Part shown: positions 10,571 through 21,315 of the stretch, piece after piece
Layout of the letters: each line of letters starts with the position of its first letter
How positions within the stretch are numbered: position 1 is the first letter of the stretch
Source: Ignavibacteria bacterium
GTDB taxonomy: Bacteria; Bacteroidota; Ignavibacteria; Kapaibacteriales; UBA961
Assembly (NCBI GenBank): GCA_016873735.1
Contig: VGWD01000005.1
Location: 1,929-65,928, forward strand
Direction of reading: 5' to 3'
DNA length: 64,000 nt
Notes under the pieces: model-generated
The model's database searches: none
Told to the model about the DNA's origin: nothing
Seen by the model: the letters and a program-made list of their open reading frames with translations, nothing else
Translations under genes and position numbers: made by a program

Positions 10571-11869
10571 TTATGATCTTTTTCTTGGAGGTCTCATACC
10601 GGCATCTTTCGACCCTCTATTTGTACGCTTATCATCGCGCTTTTTGAATCCGCCGGCATCATCTCGTTTTTTGTATCCTTCATCTTCACGTTTTTTGTAT
10701 CCTCCGCCATCACGTTTTTTGTATCCGCCATCCTCACGTTTTTTGTATCCGCCATCTTCACGTTTTTTGTATCCGCCATCCTCACGTTTTTTGTATCCGC
10801 CATCTTCACGTTTTTTGTATCCGCCATCTTCACGTTTTTTGTATCCGCCATCCTCACGTTTTTTGTATCCGCCATCTTCACGTTTTTTGAATCCGCCGCC
10901 ATCATCGCGTTTTTTGTATCCTCCGCCGCCATCACGTTTCTTGTATCCGCCATCTTCACGTTTTTTGTATCCTCCGCCATCATCGCGTTTTTTATACTCT
11001 TTGTCATCCGATCTGGTAAAGCGTGGTGAGCGTTCTTTAGAAAAATCTGATCGTTTTCTGAATTCGCGCTGTGAATCTCGAGACTCATCTTTTTCGAATT
11101 CTGATTCATCTATACCTTTACGTTCGCTGCTTCTGATTTTTTTCTTTTCAGATGTTTCAAGTACGCTGAGAATCGTTCTTCCTGGATGACCTTCAAAAAC
11201 AATGACAAATTCTCCTTTAAAAGGAGATTCTGTGAATTTTGCGAATAGTTCGGAAAAAGTACCATAGTGATGATGCTCGAATGCCATGGTGAGATTACAA
11301 CCGATATAAGCTTTCCTGTCTGGTATTACTTTATTCGCTGCTTCCAATAATTGTTTCAAGCGATAGGGTGTTTCCAATAGAATTGTAGTGCGTGGTTCTA
11401 GAGCCAGAGCTTGTAATTGAGACAGACGTTCTTCGGTGGTTCTGCTTAAAAATCCTGCGCAAGTAAATACATCTGATTGGAATCCGCTTCGAACAAGTGC
11501 AGTCATGATTGAGCTCGCACCGGGAACAACGACGATATTGATACCTGCATCCAAAGCCAATTGTAATAGATATCGACCCGGATCAGCAAATATGGGAGTT
11601 CCTGCATCTGAAATCAAAGCGAATGTTTCGCCATTCTGCATGCGCTCTATTAGCTGAGGTGCATAGTATTCCTCATTATGTTCATTGAGCTGTTCTAGTT
11701 TAGCTGAAAAGTTGTGTCGTTTTATGAGCAATGCCCCAATCTTTTCTTCTTCGCAAATGATTGCATCAACTTTTTTCAGAACTTTTAATGCACGGAGTGA
11801 AATATCATCTTCATTTCCTATTGGAGTGGAGACGATATATAAAATTGATGCTTCTTTCTTCTTTCTCAT
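10571..11869 (-). CDS. rsmI: 16S rRNA C1402 2'-O-methyltransferase RsmI with long repetitive C-terminal tail
   Basis: LYIVSTPIGNEDDISLRAL, LISDAGTPIFADPG and VPGASS motifs; ~200-aa low-complexity extension. Confidence 0.93.
   Translation of the reverse strand: MRKKKEASILYIVSTPIGNEDDISLRALKVLKKVDAIICEEEKIGALLIKRHNFSAKLEQLNEHNEEYYAPQLIERMQNGETFALISDAGTPIFADPGRYLLQLALDAGINIVVVPGASSIMTALVRSGFQSDVFTCAGFLSRTTEERLSQLQALALEPRTTILLETPYRLKQLLEAANKVIPDRKAYIGCNLTMAFEHHHYGTFSELFAKFTESPFKGEFVIVFEGHPGRTILSVLETSEKKKIRSSERKGIDESEFEKDESRDSQREFRKRSDFSKERSPRFTRSDDKEYKKRDDGGGYKKREDGGYKKRDGGGGYKKRDDGGGFKKREDGGYKKREDGGYKKREDGGYKKREDGGYKKREDGGYKKREDGGYKKREDGGYKKRDGGGYKKREDEGYKKRDDAGGFKKRDDKRTNRGSKDAGMRPPRKRS
10631..10996 (-). 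repeat. Coding tandem repeat, ~15 units of 24-27 bp (core TTCACGTTTTTTGTATCCGCCATC on +), encoding [YF]KKR[ED]DGG
   Basis: Directly visible: seven near-identical 24-bp central units flanked by degenerate 24/27-bp units. Confidence 0.97.
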
Positions 11870-13539
11870 TAATAACCTGTAAGAAGTAATGTCGAAGTGG
11901 AAAAAGTTGAAGTTTGCAAATGCAGTATCGATGTTTTACAATAGTTAGCAGTTTTCAGAAATACAGTGCCATGCATATCACTCCAAAGTATTTCATTAGT
12001 AATATCTTGAAGTAATTTTCCTTGTAGATCATATACCTTCGCAGAAAAATATGTTCTATCGTTCACAGTGAATGCTATATGTTGTATATCTGTAGGTTGA
12101 CTCGAATTATGAACTACTATCAATTGCTTGATTTCAATATCATTTATGGATGTAGTAGTTTCGGTTGATATTGGTATGGCAAGTGTTGGTATTCCATCAG
12201 CAAATCGTATGCGCAATAAAGTACCGCTTGGCATTTGAGTCGTAATCAATACCTTGGCGATTATTGAATTGCCCGGTGTGATCAATGAATCGATTGACAA
12301 GACTTTCGCTTTATCAGTCAAGGGTCGAAACTCAGTTGTATTGATCTTGAGAGTTTGATTACCTTTATTTATTATCGGGATTTCTACTATCATTGAGTCT
12401 TGAAATTGAGCATGAATACCCAAAGGGTCTGTCGCCGGTTCGGGATACAGAGGAAAAGCCGGCTGAGTAGATAATCTGAACATCCTGTCGATCATATCCG
12501 GATGGGCTATGTAAGGATTCATCCTCTTCTGTGCAGAAGAGATTAAGATTGCACGACTTCGTTCTCTTTCATCAACCGGATCTTGTTTATTCCATGAACG
12601 AATAAGTGTTTCCATATTAGTAAGAAAACCCGAATTATCGAATGTTCCTTTTCTATTGCCATATCTCGTTGCAAAATAGAGTAAACTTCTGGCAACGTTG
12701 CCCTTCATTTTATCTCTTGGTTCGAAGACTGTATCTGCTGATGCTTGTGGAAGGCCAAGTTTAGATCCGCCTGATTCCCATGATAATGATCTGTTTACTA
12801 TTCCATATGGATGATTTGAACGTCGCTCATTGGCTTTTGAATCTGATGGATAGATGATATAAATATCTGACCTTGCAGGTTCTTGATCGGCACCTTTGCT
12901 TTGAGGCCAAGAATGTTCAGTATTAAAGAGGTTTATATTAGGAATCCCGCTTGTTTGAATCGATTTACCTGTGTAAACGCATTCAACCATACCATTTACA
13001 TTATCAGCTTTCGAAAACATGAATTGTCTGGCATCTGAATAAGTGAACATCAAGGATTCGTTCAGATATTTATTGAGAGAATTATATAATTCCTGACCTT
13101 CAAGGTTTTGGGTAAAAGAAAATTCGCCATTGGGATATGTTGCTTTGCCATGTAACTTGGTGATAAGCGAGTAGCGCATGACAGGGCATGTCACACGTAT
13201 AATTGCATTTCCGCTATGTGTCATATTGTGTGGGGTAGCAAATCGGAAGGTCAGCTGTTTGCTTTCACCTGGAGATAATATTAATCGCTTATTGTCCATA
13301 ACGGTGAACACATCCCATCGAGAAAATATCATGACCGAATCAATGGTAATTGTTTCCATTGTAGGATTGGTAATCAAGATTGTTGAGCTTGTTTCATCGA
13401 TTGTTTGAATTGTGCCAAAGTCTATGCTACTAGTTGATAGGATGACTTTGCATGGATGTTCGGACATTGCACTTTGTAATGGATGATAAATCCACATCAT
13501 TGATACAATCAAACCAATTATGTAAACAATGTTTTTCAT
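11869..13539 (-). CDS. Secreted endonuclease I family (His-Me finger) nuclease with Ig-like domains and T9SS-like CTD
   Basis: NTEHSWPQSKG, ANERRSNHP, FEPRDKMKGNVARSLLYFATRY and NPYIAHP motifs. IDFG...LITNPT Ig domain; C-terminal VYDLQGK. ATG 13539 overlaps the lipM stop. Confidence 0.88.
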   Translation of the reverse strand: MKNIVYIIGLIVSMMWIYHPLQSAMSEHPCKVILSTSSIDFGTIQTIDETSSTILITNPTMETITIDSVMIFSRWDVFTVMDNKRLILSPGESKQLTFRFATPHNMTHSGNAIIRVTCPVMRYSLITKLHGKATYPNGEFSFTQNLEGQELYNSLNKYLNESLMFTYSDARQFMFSKADNVNGMVECVYTGKSIQTSGIPNINLFNTEHSWPQSKGADQEPARSDIYIIYPSDSKANERRSNHPYGIVNRSLSWESGGSKLGLPQASADTVFEPRDKMKGNVARSLLYFATRYGNRKGTFDNSGFLTNMETLIRSWNKQDPVDERERSRAILISSAQKRMNPYIAHPDMIDRMFRLSTQPAFPLYPEPATDPLGIHAQFQDSMIVEIPIINKGNQTLKINTTEFRPLTDKAKVLSIDSLITPGNSIIAKVLITTQMPSGTLLRIRFADGIPTLAIPISTETTTSINDIEIKQLIVVHNSSQPTDIQHIAFTVNDRTYFSAKVYDLQGKLLQDITNEILWSDMHGTVFLKTANYCKTSILHLQTSTFSTSTLLLTGY

Positions 13540-14282
13540 AAGGATTGCATACTTTGAAATTGCTCCTCTTCCCATTTGGAAGAGATGATATCTGCAATTT
13601 GAGAAAAATCGCAAGAATGACCCAAGCATTCAGATAACGATGTGGAATGGTTGTTCAAAGCATTGCGTAGCAAGACGGCCTCATCACTTGATGTTGAAAG
13701 AATATCGGCAATATTCAAATATGAATTATCCAATGGCAGAGATCCGTGCTGCAGTAATACTCCATCAATGATTCTTTGGGCACTACCTATGAGTTTTTTC
13801 CCCTTACAAGTCAATTCATGACGAGCAGAAGCAGAAAAGCAAGCAGATGATTCCATTGATTGATAATGTTCCTGAAAAGATGGTACGCCTTTGGCGAATT
13901 CCAAATCTTGTATCGATAATGATTGCAAACATTTCAAGAAAAAGTGATGAATATCACGGTAAACATTATGAGCATCTTCCATCGAAGCACATGGCATTGT
14001 TATGCAGTATGTTAACTCATTAGCATGAAGAACAGCTCTGCCACCGGTAGGTCGATAAACAATCGGTATCGAGCGTTCTTTGCACTGTTTTTCTATGGTT
14101 GATGTTAATAATTGATGTTTTCCAAGAGAAAGAGTATGACGATCCCAGGCATAAATCCGAAATAGTGATTGTGTTGATATTGTTTCATGTAATGAACGTG
14201 CTAGCTCTTGAGCATTGTTCATATCCAAAGACATGTTTTCTTCACCACTGAGGAAACCACTATTGACGAAAGACCAATTCAT
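13536..14282 (-). CDS. lipM: Lipoate-protein ligase family protein, LipM-type octanoyltransferase-like
   Basis: NMSLD, RPTGGRAVLH, SACF (catalytic Cys of LipM type), KLIGSAQR and LQHGS motifs. Confidence 0.75.
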   Translation of the reverse strand: MNWSFVNSGFLSGEENMSLDMNNAQELARSLHETISTQSLFRIYAWDRHTLSLGKHQLLTSTIEKQCKERSIPIVYRPTGGRAVLHANELTYCITMPCASMEDAHNVYRDIHHFFLKCLQSLSIQDLEFAKGVPSFQEHYQSMESSACFSASARHELTCKGKKLIGSAQRIIDGVLLQHGSLPLDNSYLNIADILSTSSDEAVLLRNALNNHSTSLSECLGHSCDFSQIADIISSKWEEEQFQSMQSL

Positions 14283-15241
14283 GATTGAGAATCACTGAAG
14301 TGTAAAGTTGCGATGATTTCTCTGCAATACTGTTCATCTTTATATAATTGATCTCGTAATGACTGAAGAGAAGTAAATTGTTGCTCATCTCTAATATATT
14401 TCAAAAACCAAATCACTATCTGTTGATGGTATAGATCTTCATCGAGATCAAAAAAATGTACTTCTAGTCTGATATCATCAAGATTGTTTACGGTTGGTCT
14501 TGTGCCAATATTTGCCATTCCATATACTGTTTTTCCTTGTATATCAGAAGAAACAAAGTATACTCCATTTTTTGGCAATAGCTTGGCGGGATTGGCTGCT
14601 TGCACATTTGCAGTCGGATATCCGATTGTTCTACCGCGTTGATCGCCATGAATCACCATGCCCTCCACGAAATATGGATGACCAAGCAATTCAAAAGCTT
14701 GTTGTAGATAACCATGTTTCAGGGCGGATCTTATCTCGGTACTGCTGATTGTTGTTAAATCAATGAGCATGGCATTTATTTGATGCACTTTGAATCCAAG
14801 CTCCGATGAAAGCGCATGCAAAGTCTGTGCATCACCTTCTCTAGATTTTCCGAATCCATGATCATAACCAATGAAGATGTCAGAGCAGCCGATACGTTCA
14901 TGTATGAATGTTTTTATGAATTCATCGGCCCCAATTTGAGAAAATTCTTTTGTAAAAGGGATAATCACAACCGTATCCACTCCATAAGATTCCAATAATT
15001 GTAATCTCTCGGATATATCGGTCAGCAAGGAAATGGGAGGTTTATCAAGTCTTTGAATAACCAATTGCGGATGAGGTTCAAAGGTCACTACAACAGTACG
15101 CGCATTGCTTTTTGATTTCTTTAATTCATTCATTGAATCGATGATTTGCTGATGTCCTTTGTGAACGCCATCAAATGTCCCAACGGTCAAGATTGTGTTA
15201 GGATCATGTGGAATGGAATCAAAAAGTGAGTAGACAATCAT
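14279..15241 (-). CDS. ribF: Riboflavin kinase / FAD synthetase
   Basis: GTFDGVHKGHQ, ISSTEIR, GRTIGYPTAN and NIGTRPT motifs. Confidence 0.97.
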   Translation of the reverse strand: MIVYSLFDSIPHDPNTILTVGTFDGVHKGHQQIIDSMNELKKSKSNARTVVVTFEPHPQLVIQRLDKPPISLLTDISERLQLLESYGVDTVVIIPFTKEFSQIGADEFIKTFIHERIGCSDIFIGYDHGFGKSREGDAQTLHALSSELGFKVHQINAMLIDLTTISSTEIRSALKHGYLQQAFELLGHPYFVEGMVIHGDQRGRTIGYPTANVQAANPAKLLPKNGVYFVSSDIQGKTVYGMANIGTRPTVNNLDDIRLEVHFFDLDEDLYHQQIVIWFLKYIRDEQQFTSLQSLRDQLYKDEQYCREIIATLHFSDSQS

Positions 15242-16005
15242 CGTGAGCCCAATATTTGTTGTTGTGTAAGTGGGATATCCATCGTGGCAATATTGAAGGA
15301 TTGTTCGAAATTCTGTATTGTGATTGCATCACTAACCAGAAATTCACCACTGGATATTCTTCTTAAGGCTGTTAAATAACCGACAGTTCCCAGTTTTTCG
15401 GCTATGTCTCTTGCAAGAGAACGAATATATGTCCCCTTCGAGCAATCAATGGTTATATGAAGCAAATTGTCTTTGAACTCATCCAAAGAGATTGAGTGTA
15501 TAGTGATGGTCCGGGGTTCAATCTCTTCTTGGATTCCTTTTCTAGCTTTTTTATACAATGGAATACCATTTATTTTCAGAGCGGAGAACATAGGAGGAAT
15601 CTGCTGGGTTTCGCCAATGAATGAATCAAGAACAATCCGAATTGAATCTTTTGTGATGTTTTCGGGAATATTCGCAAATACTGACTCTTCAGTTTCGCAA
15701 TCATATGAAATCGTTGAAGCGCCAAGTTTGATTATTGCTTGATATGCTTTTGATGAGTTTTGATATTGGGTAATGAGCTTTGTAGCAGGCCTGCCGACAC
15801 AAACAATCAATAATCCCGTTGCAAGTGGATCTAGTGTACCTGCATGACCGATTTTTTTGATGCCGAGAATTCTACGGAGTTTGGCAACAACATCAAATGA
15901 TGTCCAATTCAAATCCTTATCAATGAGGATGACGGCACCATGTTCCAAAGCTTCTGCATGCCACGAAGGAATAGACGACAATGAATGCAGAGTAAGAATG
16001 TTCAT
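15238..16005 (-). CDS. truB: tRNA pseudouridine(55) synthase
   Basis: KIGHAGTLDPLATG and CSKGTYIRSLARD motifs. Confidence 0.97.
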   Translation of the reverse strand: MNILTLHSLSSIPSWHAEALEHGAVILIDKDLNWTSFDVVAKLRRILGIKKIGHAGTLDPLATGLLIVCVGRPATKLITQYQNSSKAYQAIIKLGASTISYDCETEESVFANIPENITKDSIRIVLDSFIGETQQIPPMFSALKINGIPLYKKARKGIQEEIEPRTITIHSISLDEFKDNLLHITIDCSKGTYIRSLARDIAEKLGTVGYLTALRRISSGEFLVSDAITIQNFEQSFNIATMDIPLTQQQILGSR

Positions 16006-16048
16006 GAAATCAACATTGAGAATGATAATTAGGCAGAGTCAAGGAGCA

Positions 16049-16420
16049 TTAAGATGACTCATTTCCATCACGCAGGCGATCATGTTGTTTAGTTTGCTCG
16101 ACGAGTTTTTGTATCTGCTCCATCGCATCCATGGTTTCATCTCGGTAGAAACGAAGCTCAGGTGCAAAACGCAATTGAACTACATGTGCCACATGTTTGC
16201 GTATTAAGGATTTATCGGTTTCGATGGCTTGCAAAACATCAGCAATTGATGATTTTCCACCTATGCAACTTATATACACCTTTGCAATTTGAAGATCCGG
16301 CGACATTTTGACTGATGTTACCGTAATCAATCCTGCATTAATCTCGGATGCAATTTTCCGCAAAGGATCGGACAATGCTTCAACAATCACCGATGCTACT
16401 TTTTCCGTGCGAATAGACAT
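16049..16420 (-). CDS. rbfA: Ribosome-binding factor A
   Basis: ITVTSVKMSPDLQIAKVY and LRFAPELRFYRD motifs; position after infB. Confidence 0.95.
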   Translation of the reverse strand: MSIRTEKVASVIVEALSDPLRKIASEINAGLITVTSVKMSPDLQIAKVYISCIGGKSSIADVLQAIETDKSLIRKHVAHVVQLRFAPELRFYRDETMDAMEQIQKLVEQTKQHDRLRDGNESS

Positions 16421-16421
16421 G

Positions 16422-19277
16422 TCAGCTTAACTTCCTTTTGACTTCAACTTGCTTATAAGCCTCGATGATGTCTCCAACTTGTATATCATTGTAGCCATTG
16501 ATGCTCATTCCACATTCATAATTTGTGTCCACTTCACGAACATCATCTTTGAAGCGTTTAAGAGCCGATAATGTAGAATTATAAACGGGAAAGCCGTCAC
16601 GCAAGACGCGAACTCTGTCATTTCTGTTGATTTTTCCGGAAGTAACATAGCATCCTGCAACGGTTCCAATCTTGCTGATTTTGAATACTTGTCTGATTTC
16701 AGCGGTACCCGTGATTTCCTCTTTGATTTCAGGAGAAAGCAATCCTTCCAATGCCATCTGTATTTCATTGATACAGTCATAGATGATTGTGTACAATCGT
16801 ATGTCAACACCTTCTGATTCCGCGGATTTTCTCGCCTGTGATGTAGGGGAGACATGGAAGCCGACGACAACTGCACTTGATGCTGCAGCGAGCATCACAT
16901 CTGATTCTGAAATAGGGCCTACACCTTTGTGTAGAATGGTCACTTTTGCTTCGTCTCTGGTGAGTTTTTGCAATGAATCTGAAAGTGCTTCAAGTGATCC
17001 ACTCACATCACCTTTGATGATGAGTCGAAGTTCTTTGGTACCACCACGAAGAATGTCTTGAGAAATTTCATCGAGAGTAATCGGACGCATTTGCTTGAAA
17101 TGTTGTTCTCTTTTCAATTGCTGACGTTTGATTGCAATTGCTCTGGCTTCAGCTTCCTGTTCCAGCACGGCGAACAAATCACCAGCTTGCGGAGCTCCGT
17201 CAAAACCGGATACTTGAACGGGAACAGAAGGCCCTGCTGATTCAACTCGATGTCCTCGCTCATCATACATTGCTCGAACCCGACCTGAATAGATTCCAGC
17301 TACAAATGCATCGCCGATTTTCAATGTTCCTTTTTGAACCATCACGGATGCAAGAACTCCTTTTCCTTTATCCAAGTGCGATTCAATGATTGTTCCTCTC
17401 GCGATTCGATTTGGATTTGCCTTCAGATTCAATAATTCTGCTTCAAGGAGGATCTTTTCCATCAATCCTTCAATATTGATTCCTTTCTTGGCGGAAATTT
17501 CAGCGCATTGATACTTACCTCCCCAGTCTTCAACCAATACACCGCGGTCCGCCAATTGTTGCTTCACTCTGTCTGGATTCGCATCTTCCTTGTCGATCTT
17601 GTTCAAAGCCACTACGATGGGAACATTTGCAGCTTGAGCATGGCTGATGGCCTCTATTGTTTGGGGCATCACATTGTCATCTGCCGCAACCACAAGAACA
17701 ACAATGTCTGTTACTTGGGCACCGCGTGCACGCATGGCGGTAAATGCTTCATGACCCGGCGTGTCCAAAAATGCTATTGTCCTTCCATCAGGAAGATCAA
17801 CATGATATGCTCCGATATGTTGGGTTATGCCTCCGGATTCACCGGCAACAACATTGGTTTTACGGATATAATCAAGAAGTGAGGTCTTTCCATGATCGAC
17901 ATGCCCCATGATCGTGACGATTGGGGGTCTTGCCAATAATGATTCCTCGGCGTCTTCGATGTCGGTGATTTCTTGTGCAGCTTGTTCATCTAGGAAATCA
18001 ACCTGGAATCCATAATCATCTGCTATGAGCGTGATGGTGTCTTTATCAAGTCTTTGATTGATGCTGACCATCAAGCCCAAAGACATACACTTCATGATGA
18101 TTTCAGCTGCCGTGGTTCCCATAAGGGCGGCAAGATCAGCTGTTGTTACGAATTCAGTCAGGCGTAGAATTGTACTTTCGCGTTCGATCTCTTCAATTCT
18201 ACGAGCTTCTTTTTCTTCTCGTTCTAGTTTTTTCTTCTGCTTGAGTTTCGTTTTGAAACCTGATCCGGAATCTTCCATTCCTGACAGTGTTTCGCGAATT
18301 GCTCTTGTTACATCTTCTTCGGTGATAGTTTCACGAATTGATTTTTTCTTCTTTTTCTTTTTGTCTACACCTTTGGCATCTTTCGACGGTGCTGGACGGA
18401 AGTTCTTCTTTGCACCTTTATCTGCATCATCCTCAGTCTTGGCAGGTGCGATGCCGAATCCGTCTTCTTGGCCTTTGGCCTTTAAGCGTTCACCAATCGA
18501 ATGTTGATTTCCTTGCCTGTTTTGTCTACGATCATCGTCTCGTCTTTCACCTTGTTGAGGGCGATCGCCTCTCTTTGCATTTCTGTCCGGTCTGCCATAA
18601 CGATCACCTTCTTCTTGCCGAGAGGAAACTGTGATTTTTCCTACTACAGTCAAACCTCTAAGATGTGGCATCGACCCTGCTTCATACTCAACTTCATTGA
18701 TGCGTTTTTTTCTTTTCTTCTTTGGTTCTTGAGAATCATCATAAGTTTTTGTGACGGTTTCTTGAGCAGGTTCAGCTATGCTTTCCTCTGCCTTTTCAGA
18801 AGGTGTTTCGGTTGATGGAGGTATGGGTTCGGATTCAACAATGTCAGTTGCTGCCAAGATCTCAGTTTCAGTCTTTGTTTTTTTCTTTGTAGATTTTTTT
18901 GGAGCGGGTTGTTCTTTGCTTTCAGATTCTTCCGGTACCGAAGGAGCTGATTGCACTTCTTCCAAAGGCTCTGCTGTCTGCGGTTCGGGAGCTGCTTCCT
19001 CTTCTGAAACTGCTTCTGATAGGGCATCTTCAGACTCGCCTTTTTCAGGATTGCGAGCATGGTGATACTTTTCAAGCTTTTCTCTTTGCTTTTCAGCTGC
19101 TTTCGCTTCTCGGGCGAATTTATCCATGACTACGTCAACCATCTCATCTGTTAGTACAGATGTAGGTTTATTTTCAACGCTGAAACCTTTGCCTTGAAGA
19201 AATTCTACAATGGCATCCTTCCCAATATTGATTTGGGAGGCAAGCTTGAATAATCGTGTTCCTTTTGATGCAGGCAT
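16422..19277 (-). CDS. infB: Translation initiation factor IF-2
   Basis: [21 protein letters not shown] and NKID GTPase motifs; long charged N-terminus. Confidence 0.99.
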   Translation of the reverse strand: MPASKGTRLFKLASQINIGKDAIVEFLQGKGFSVENKPTSVLTDEMVDVVMDKFAREAKAAEKQREKLEKYHHARNPEKGESEDALSEAVSEEEAAPEPQTAEPLEEVQSAPSVPEESESKEQPAPKKSTKKKTKTETEILAATDIVESEPIPPSTETPSEKAEESIAEPAQETVTKTYDDSQEPKKKRKKRINEVEYEAGSMPHLRGLTVVGKITVSSRQEEGDRYGRPDRNAKRGDRPQQGERRDDDRRQNRQGNQHSIGERLKAKGQEDGFGIAPAKTEDDADKGAKKNFRPAPSKDAKGVDKKKKKKKSIRETITEEDVTRAIRETLSGMEDSGSGFKTKLKQKKKLEREEKEARRIEEIERESTILRLTEFVTTADLAALMGTTAAEIIMKCMSLGLMVSINQRLDKDTITLIADDYGFQVDFLDEQAAQEITDIEDAEESLLARPPIVTIMGHVDHGKTSLLDYIRKTNVVAGESGGITQHIGAYHVDLPDGRTIAFLDTPGHEAFTAMRARGAQVTDIVVLVVAADDNVMPQTIEAISHAQAANVPIVVALNKIDKEDANPDRVKQQLADRGVLVEDWGGKYQCAEISAKKGINIEGLMEKILLEAELLNLKANPNRIARGTIIESHLDKGKGVLASVMVQKGTLKIGDAFVAGIYSGRVRAMYDERGHRVESAGPSVPVQVSGFDGAPQAGDLFAVLEQEAEARAIAIKRQQLKREQHFKQMRPITLDEISQDILRGGTKELRLIIKGDVSGSLEALSDSLQKLTRDEAKVTILHKGVGPISESDVMLAAASSAVVVGFHVSPTSQARKSAESEGVDIRLYTIIYDCINEIQMALEGLLSPEIKEEITGTAEIRQVFKISKIGTVAGCYVTSGKINRNDRVRVLRDGFPVYNSTLSALKRFKDDVREVDTNYECGMSINGYNDIQVGDIIEAYKQVEVKRKLS

Positions 19278-19335
19278 ACAACCTATGGTTGAATGTTAAA
19301 AAATATCAATTACATGAGTTCTACTGATGTCATGC

Positions 19336-20697
19336 TTAAGAATCTTGTTGATCTCCGGAACTTTCATTTGAAGGTTCATCAGGAATGGTATTTGCCACCT
19401 GAATGGCATCTCTGATTTCGGGTCTTTCTTGTTCTTCGAACTCAGAAAGAATAATGTCTCGAATATCGAGCAATGTATTTTTGGTCATGCTCGGAATCTC
19501 TAATAAATCATAAATGTCTGCTTCAAGAAACTCGCGAGCAGTATCTATGCCGAGATTAATGATGTTTTCATACATTTCTTTACCGATTTCATCTCTGAAT
19601 TCTATGAGTTCAATGTCTTCGCCACCCTCTTTGATCAAGGTGATATTGAAACCGGTTAATTTTGATGCAAGGCGTACATTTTGACCATTTCTTCCGATTG
19701 CCAAAGAAACTTGATCATCTGGTACAACAACCGTTGCAGAGCGAGTCTCCGGTGCTATCACGATATCTCTTATTCTAGCCGGTGCCAATGCTTTGGCTAT
19801 AAACACTTTCGGATCGGTTGAGTATTCGATCACATCAATATTTTCATTGTTCAATTCGCGAACTATAGAGTGAATACGAATGCCTTTCATCCCAACGCAA
19901 GCGCCAACAGGATCAACTCGTTCATCATATGATAATACTGCAACTTTGGCTCTTTCACCGGGGTCTCGTGCAATTGATTTGATTTCTATAATGCCGTCAT
20001 ATACTTCTGGAATTTCGATTTCAAAGAGACGTGCAAGAAATTCATCTGCAGCGCGTGACAAAATGATGTCAGGCGTACCGTTTCCTTGCATTCTGCGAAC
20101 TTCTTTGATGATCGCCTTGACAGACATATTTTTCTTATATCGTTCATTGTGTATCTGTTCTTCGCGAGGCATGCGCATTTCAGTTTTATTGTGCATGATG
20201 AGCAGGCTTCCGGGGCGAACCTGATACACCTCCCCTACAATGATTTCTCCGACTTTTTCATTGAATTCATTGAATACATTGTCTTTTTCTACATCACGAA
20301 TTCTTTGCCCAAGAGTCTGCGTTGCCAAGGCAATCAATCGTCTGCCAAAATTATCAGATATGTTCTCAAGTGTGATTTCCTCAATGAATTCATCTCCGAT
20401 TTCAAATGTTTCGGCTGAACGTGTTGACACTTCTTTCAATGATATTTCCAATGCAGGATCTTCAACTTCCTCAACAATGGTGCGCATGAGATAAATCTCC
20501 AAATCACCTTTGTTCATGTTTACAACAATGTCAAAATTGGCTTCCTGACCATACTTCTTGCGGATAAGCATGGAAAGCGTCTCGACAAGCATCCCCTGCA
20601 GAAGATCTTTGTCTATACTTTTTTCACGTGCCATTTCGGCAAATGCTTCAATGATTAGCTTTTTGTCGTACTTGGGTTTGACTTTACGGCGTGCCAT
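19336..20697 (-). CDS. nusA: Transcription termination/antitermination factor NusA
   Basis: LFEIEIPEVYDG, ARDPGERAK, DPVGACVG and AIGRNGQNVRLA motifs. Likely start MARRK at 20697. Confidence 0.98.
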   Translation of the reverse strand: MARRKVKPKYDKKLIIEAFAEMAREKSIDKDLLQGMLVETLSMLIRKKYGQEANFDIVVNMNKGDLEIYLMRTIVEEVEDPALEISLKEVSTRSAETFEIGDEFIEEITLENISDNFGRRLIALATQTLGQRIRDVEKDNVFNEFNEKVGEIIVGEVYQVRPGSLLIMHNKTEMRMPREEQIHNERYKKNMSVKAIIKEVRRMQGNGTPDIILSRAADEFLARLFEIEIPEVYDGIIEIKSIARDPGERAKVAVLSYDERVDPVGACVGMKGIRIHSIVRELNNENIDVIEYSTDPKVFIAKALAPARIRDIVIAPETRSATVVVPDDQVSLAIGRNGQNVRLASKLTGFNITLIKEGGEDIELIEFRDEIGKEMYENIINLGIDTAREFLEADIYDLLEIPSMTKNTLLDIRDIILSEFEEQERPEIRDAIQVANTIPDEPSNESSGDQQDS

Positions 20698-20736
20698 GTT
20701 GTTGATGTTTGTTTGTGATACTACCTGTGCAATCAA

Positions 20737-21219
20737 TCAGAATGATATTTTAACGATTGCTTTTTGAATTTCTGAATAGGGAAATGAGAATGTCGTATTT
20801 TCGTTTCCTGATATTTTGGATTTCTTGGGTTCACTGCAAACAATGCCTTGTTCATTTGCTTCTAGCAATACATATGAACCATTAGCATATGTTTCTTCGT
20901 TAATCAAGCTTAATTCCAAAACTCGACCAATATTTCTGGGATATTGCCACCAATGTGTGAGAGGCCTGTCAACTCCGGGTGATGAGACTTCTATACTCCT
21001 GATGGCATCAATGAATGGATGTGTTTCAGCTGTTTCCAGCAAAGCGCGATTGATTTTTTCGCATTGCTCAAGTGAAATGCCATCCGGTGTGTCCACATAT
21101 AGCTCCAATAACATGCGCTCTTTAGTGCCTCTCAATACCGCGTCAATCAATGTTGCGTTGTATGCTGAACAGGTGGATTCCAATAAAGAGCGAATATCTT
21201 TGGGCAAATCCAATGGCAT
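20737..21219 (-). CDS. rimP: Ribosome maturation factor RimP
   Basis: GISLEQCEKINR and IEVSSPGVDRPL motifs; first gene of the nusA-infB operon. Confidence 0.93.
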   Translation of the reverse strand: MPLDLPKDIRSLLESTCSAYNATLIDAVLRGTKERMLLELYVDTPDGISLEQCEKINRALLETAETHPFIDAIRSIEVSSPGVDRPLTHWWQYPRNIGRVLELSLINEETYANGSYVLLEANEQGIVCSEPKKSKISGNENTTFSFPYSEIQKAIVKISF

Positions 21220-21245
21220 GGCTAAATGCTGACAATCCATAGAAA

Positions 21246-21293
21246 CAAAAAAGGGACTTCTGCCGAGAAGACCCAATCACAAGTGCAAATATA
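21246..21293 (-). promoter_or_regulatory. rimP promoter (-7 TATATTTG, 21293-21286) and rimP-leader terminator hairpin
   Basis: Minus strand reads TATATTTGcacttgtgattGGGTCTTCT-CGGC-AGAAGTCCC-TTTTTT upstream of rimP. Confidence 0.7.
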
Positions 21294-21315
21294 CGGTTTT
21301 TTCCCTTTCGGAGCA

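Noticed and set aside
10631-10996. Possible CRISPR array
   Set aside because: The units are head-to-tail with no unique spacers, are multiples of 3 and lie in frame within rsmI; no cas genes are present.
10594-11189. Overlapping ORFs 10594-11109 (-) and 10644-11189 (+)
   Set aside because: They stay open only because the tandem repeat lacks stops in those frames; they are shadows of the rsmI tail.
21220-21315. Cobalamin riboswitch upstream of the BtuB-like receptor
   Set aside because: Under 100 nt is available, it is occupied by the rimP promoter/leader, and no B12-box is recognisable.
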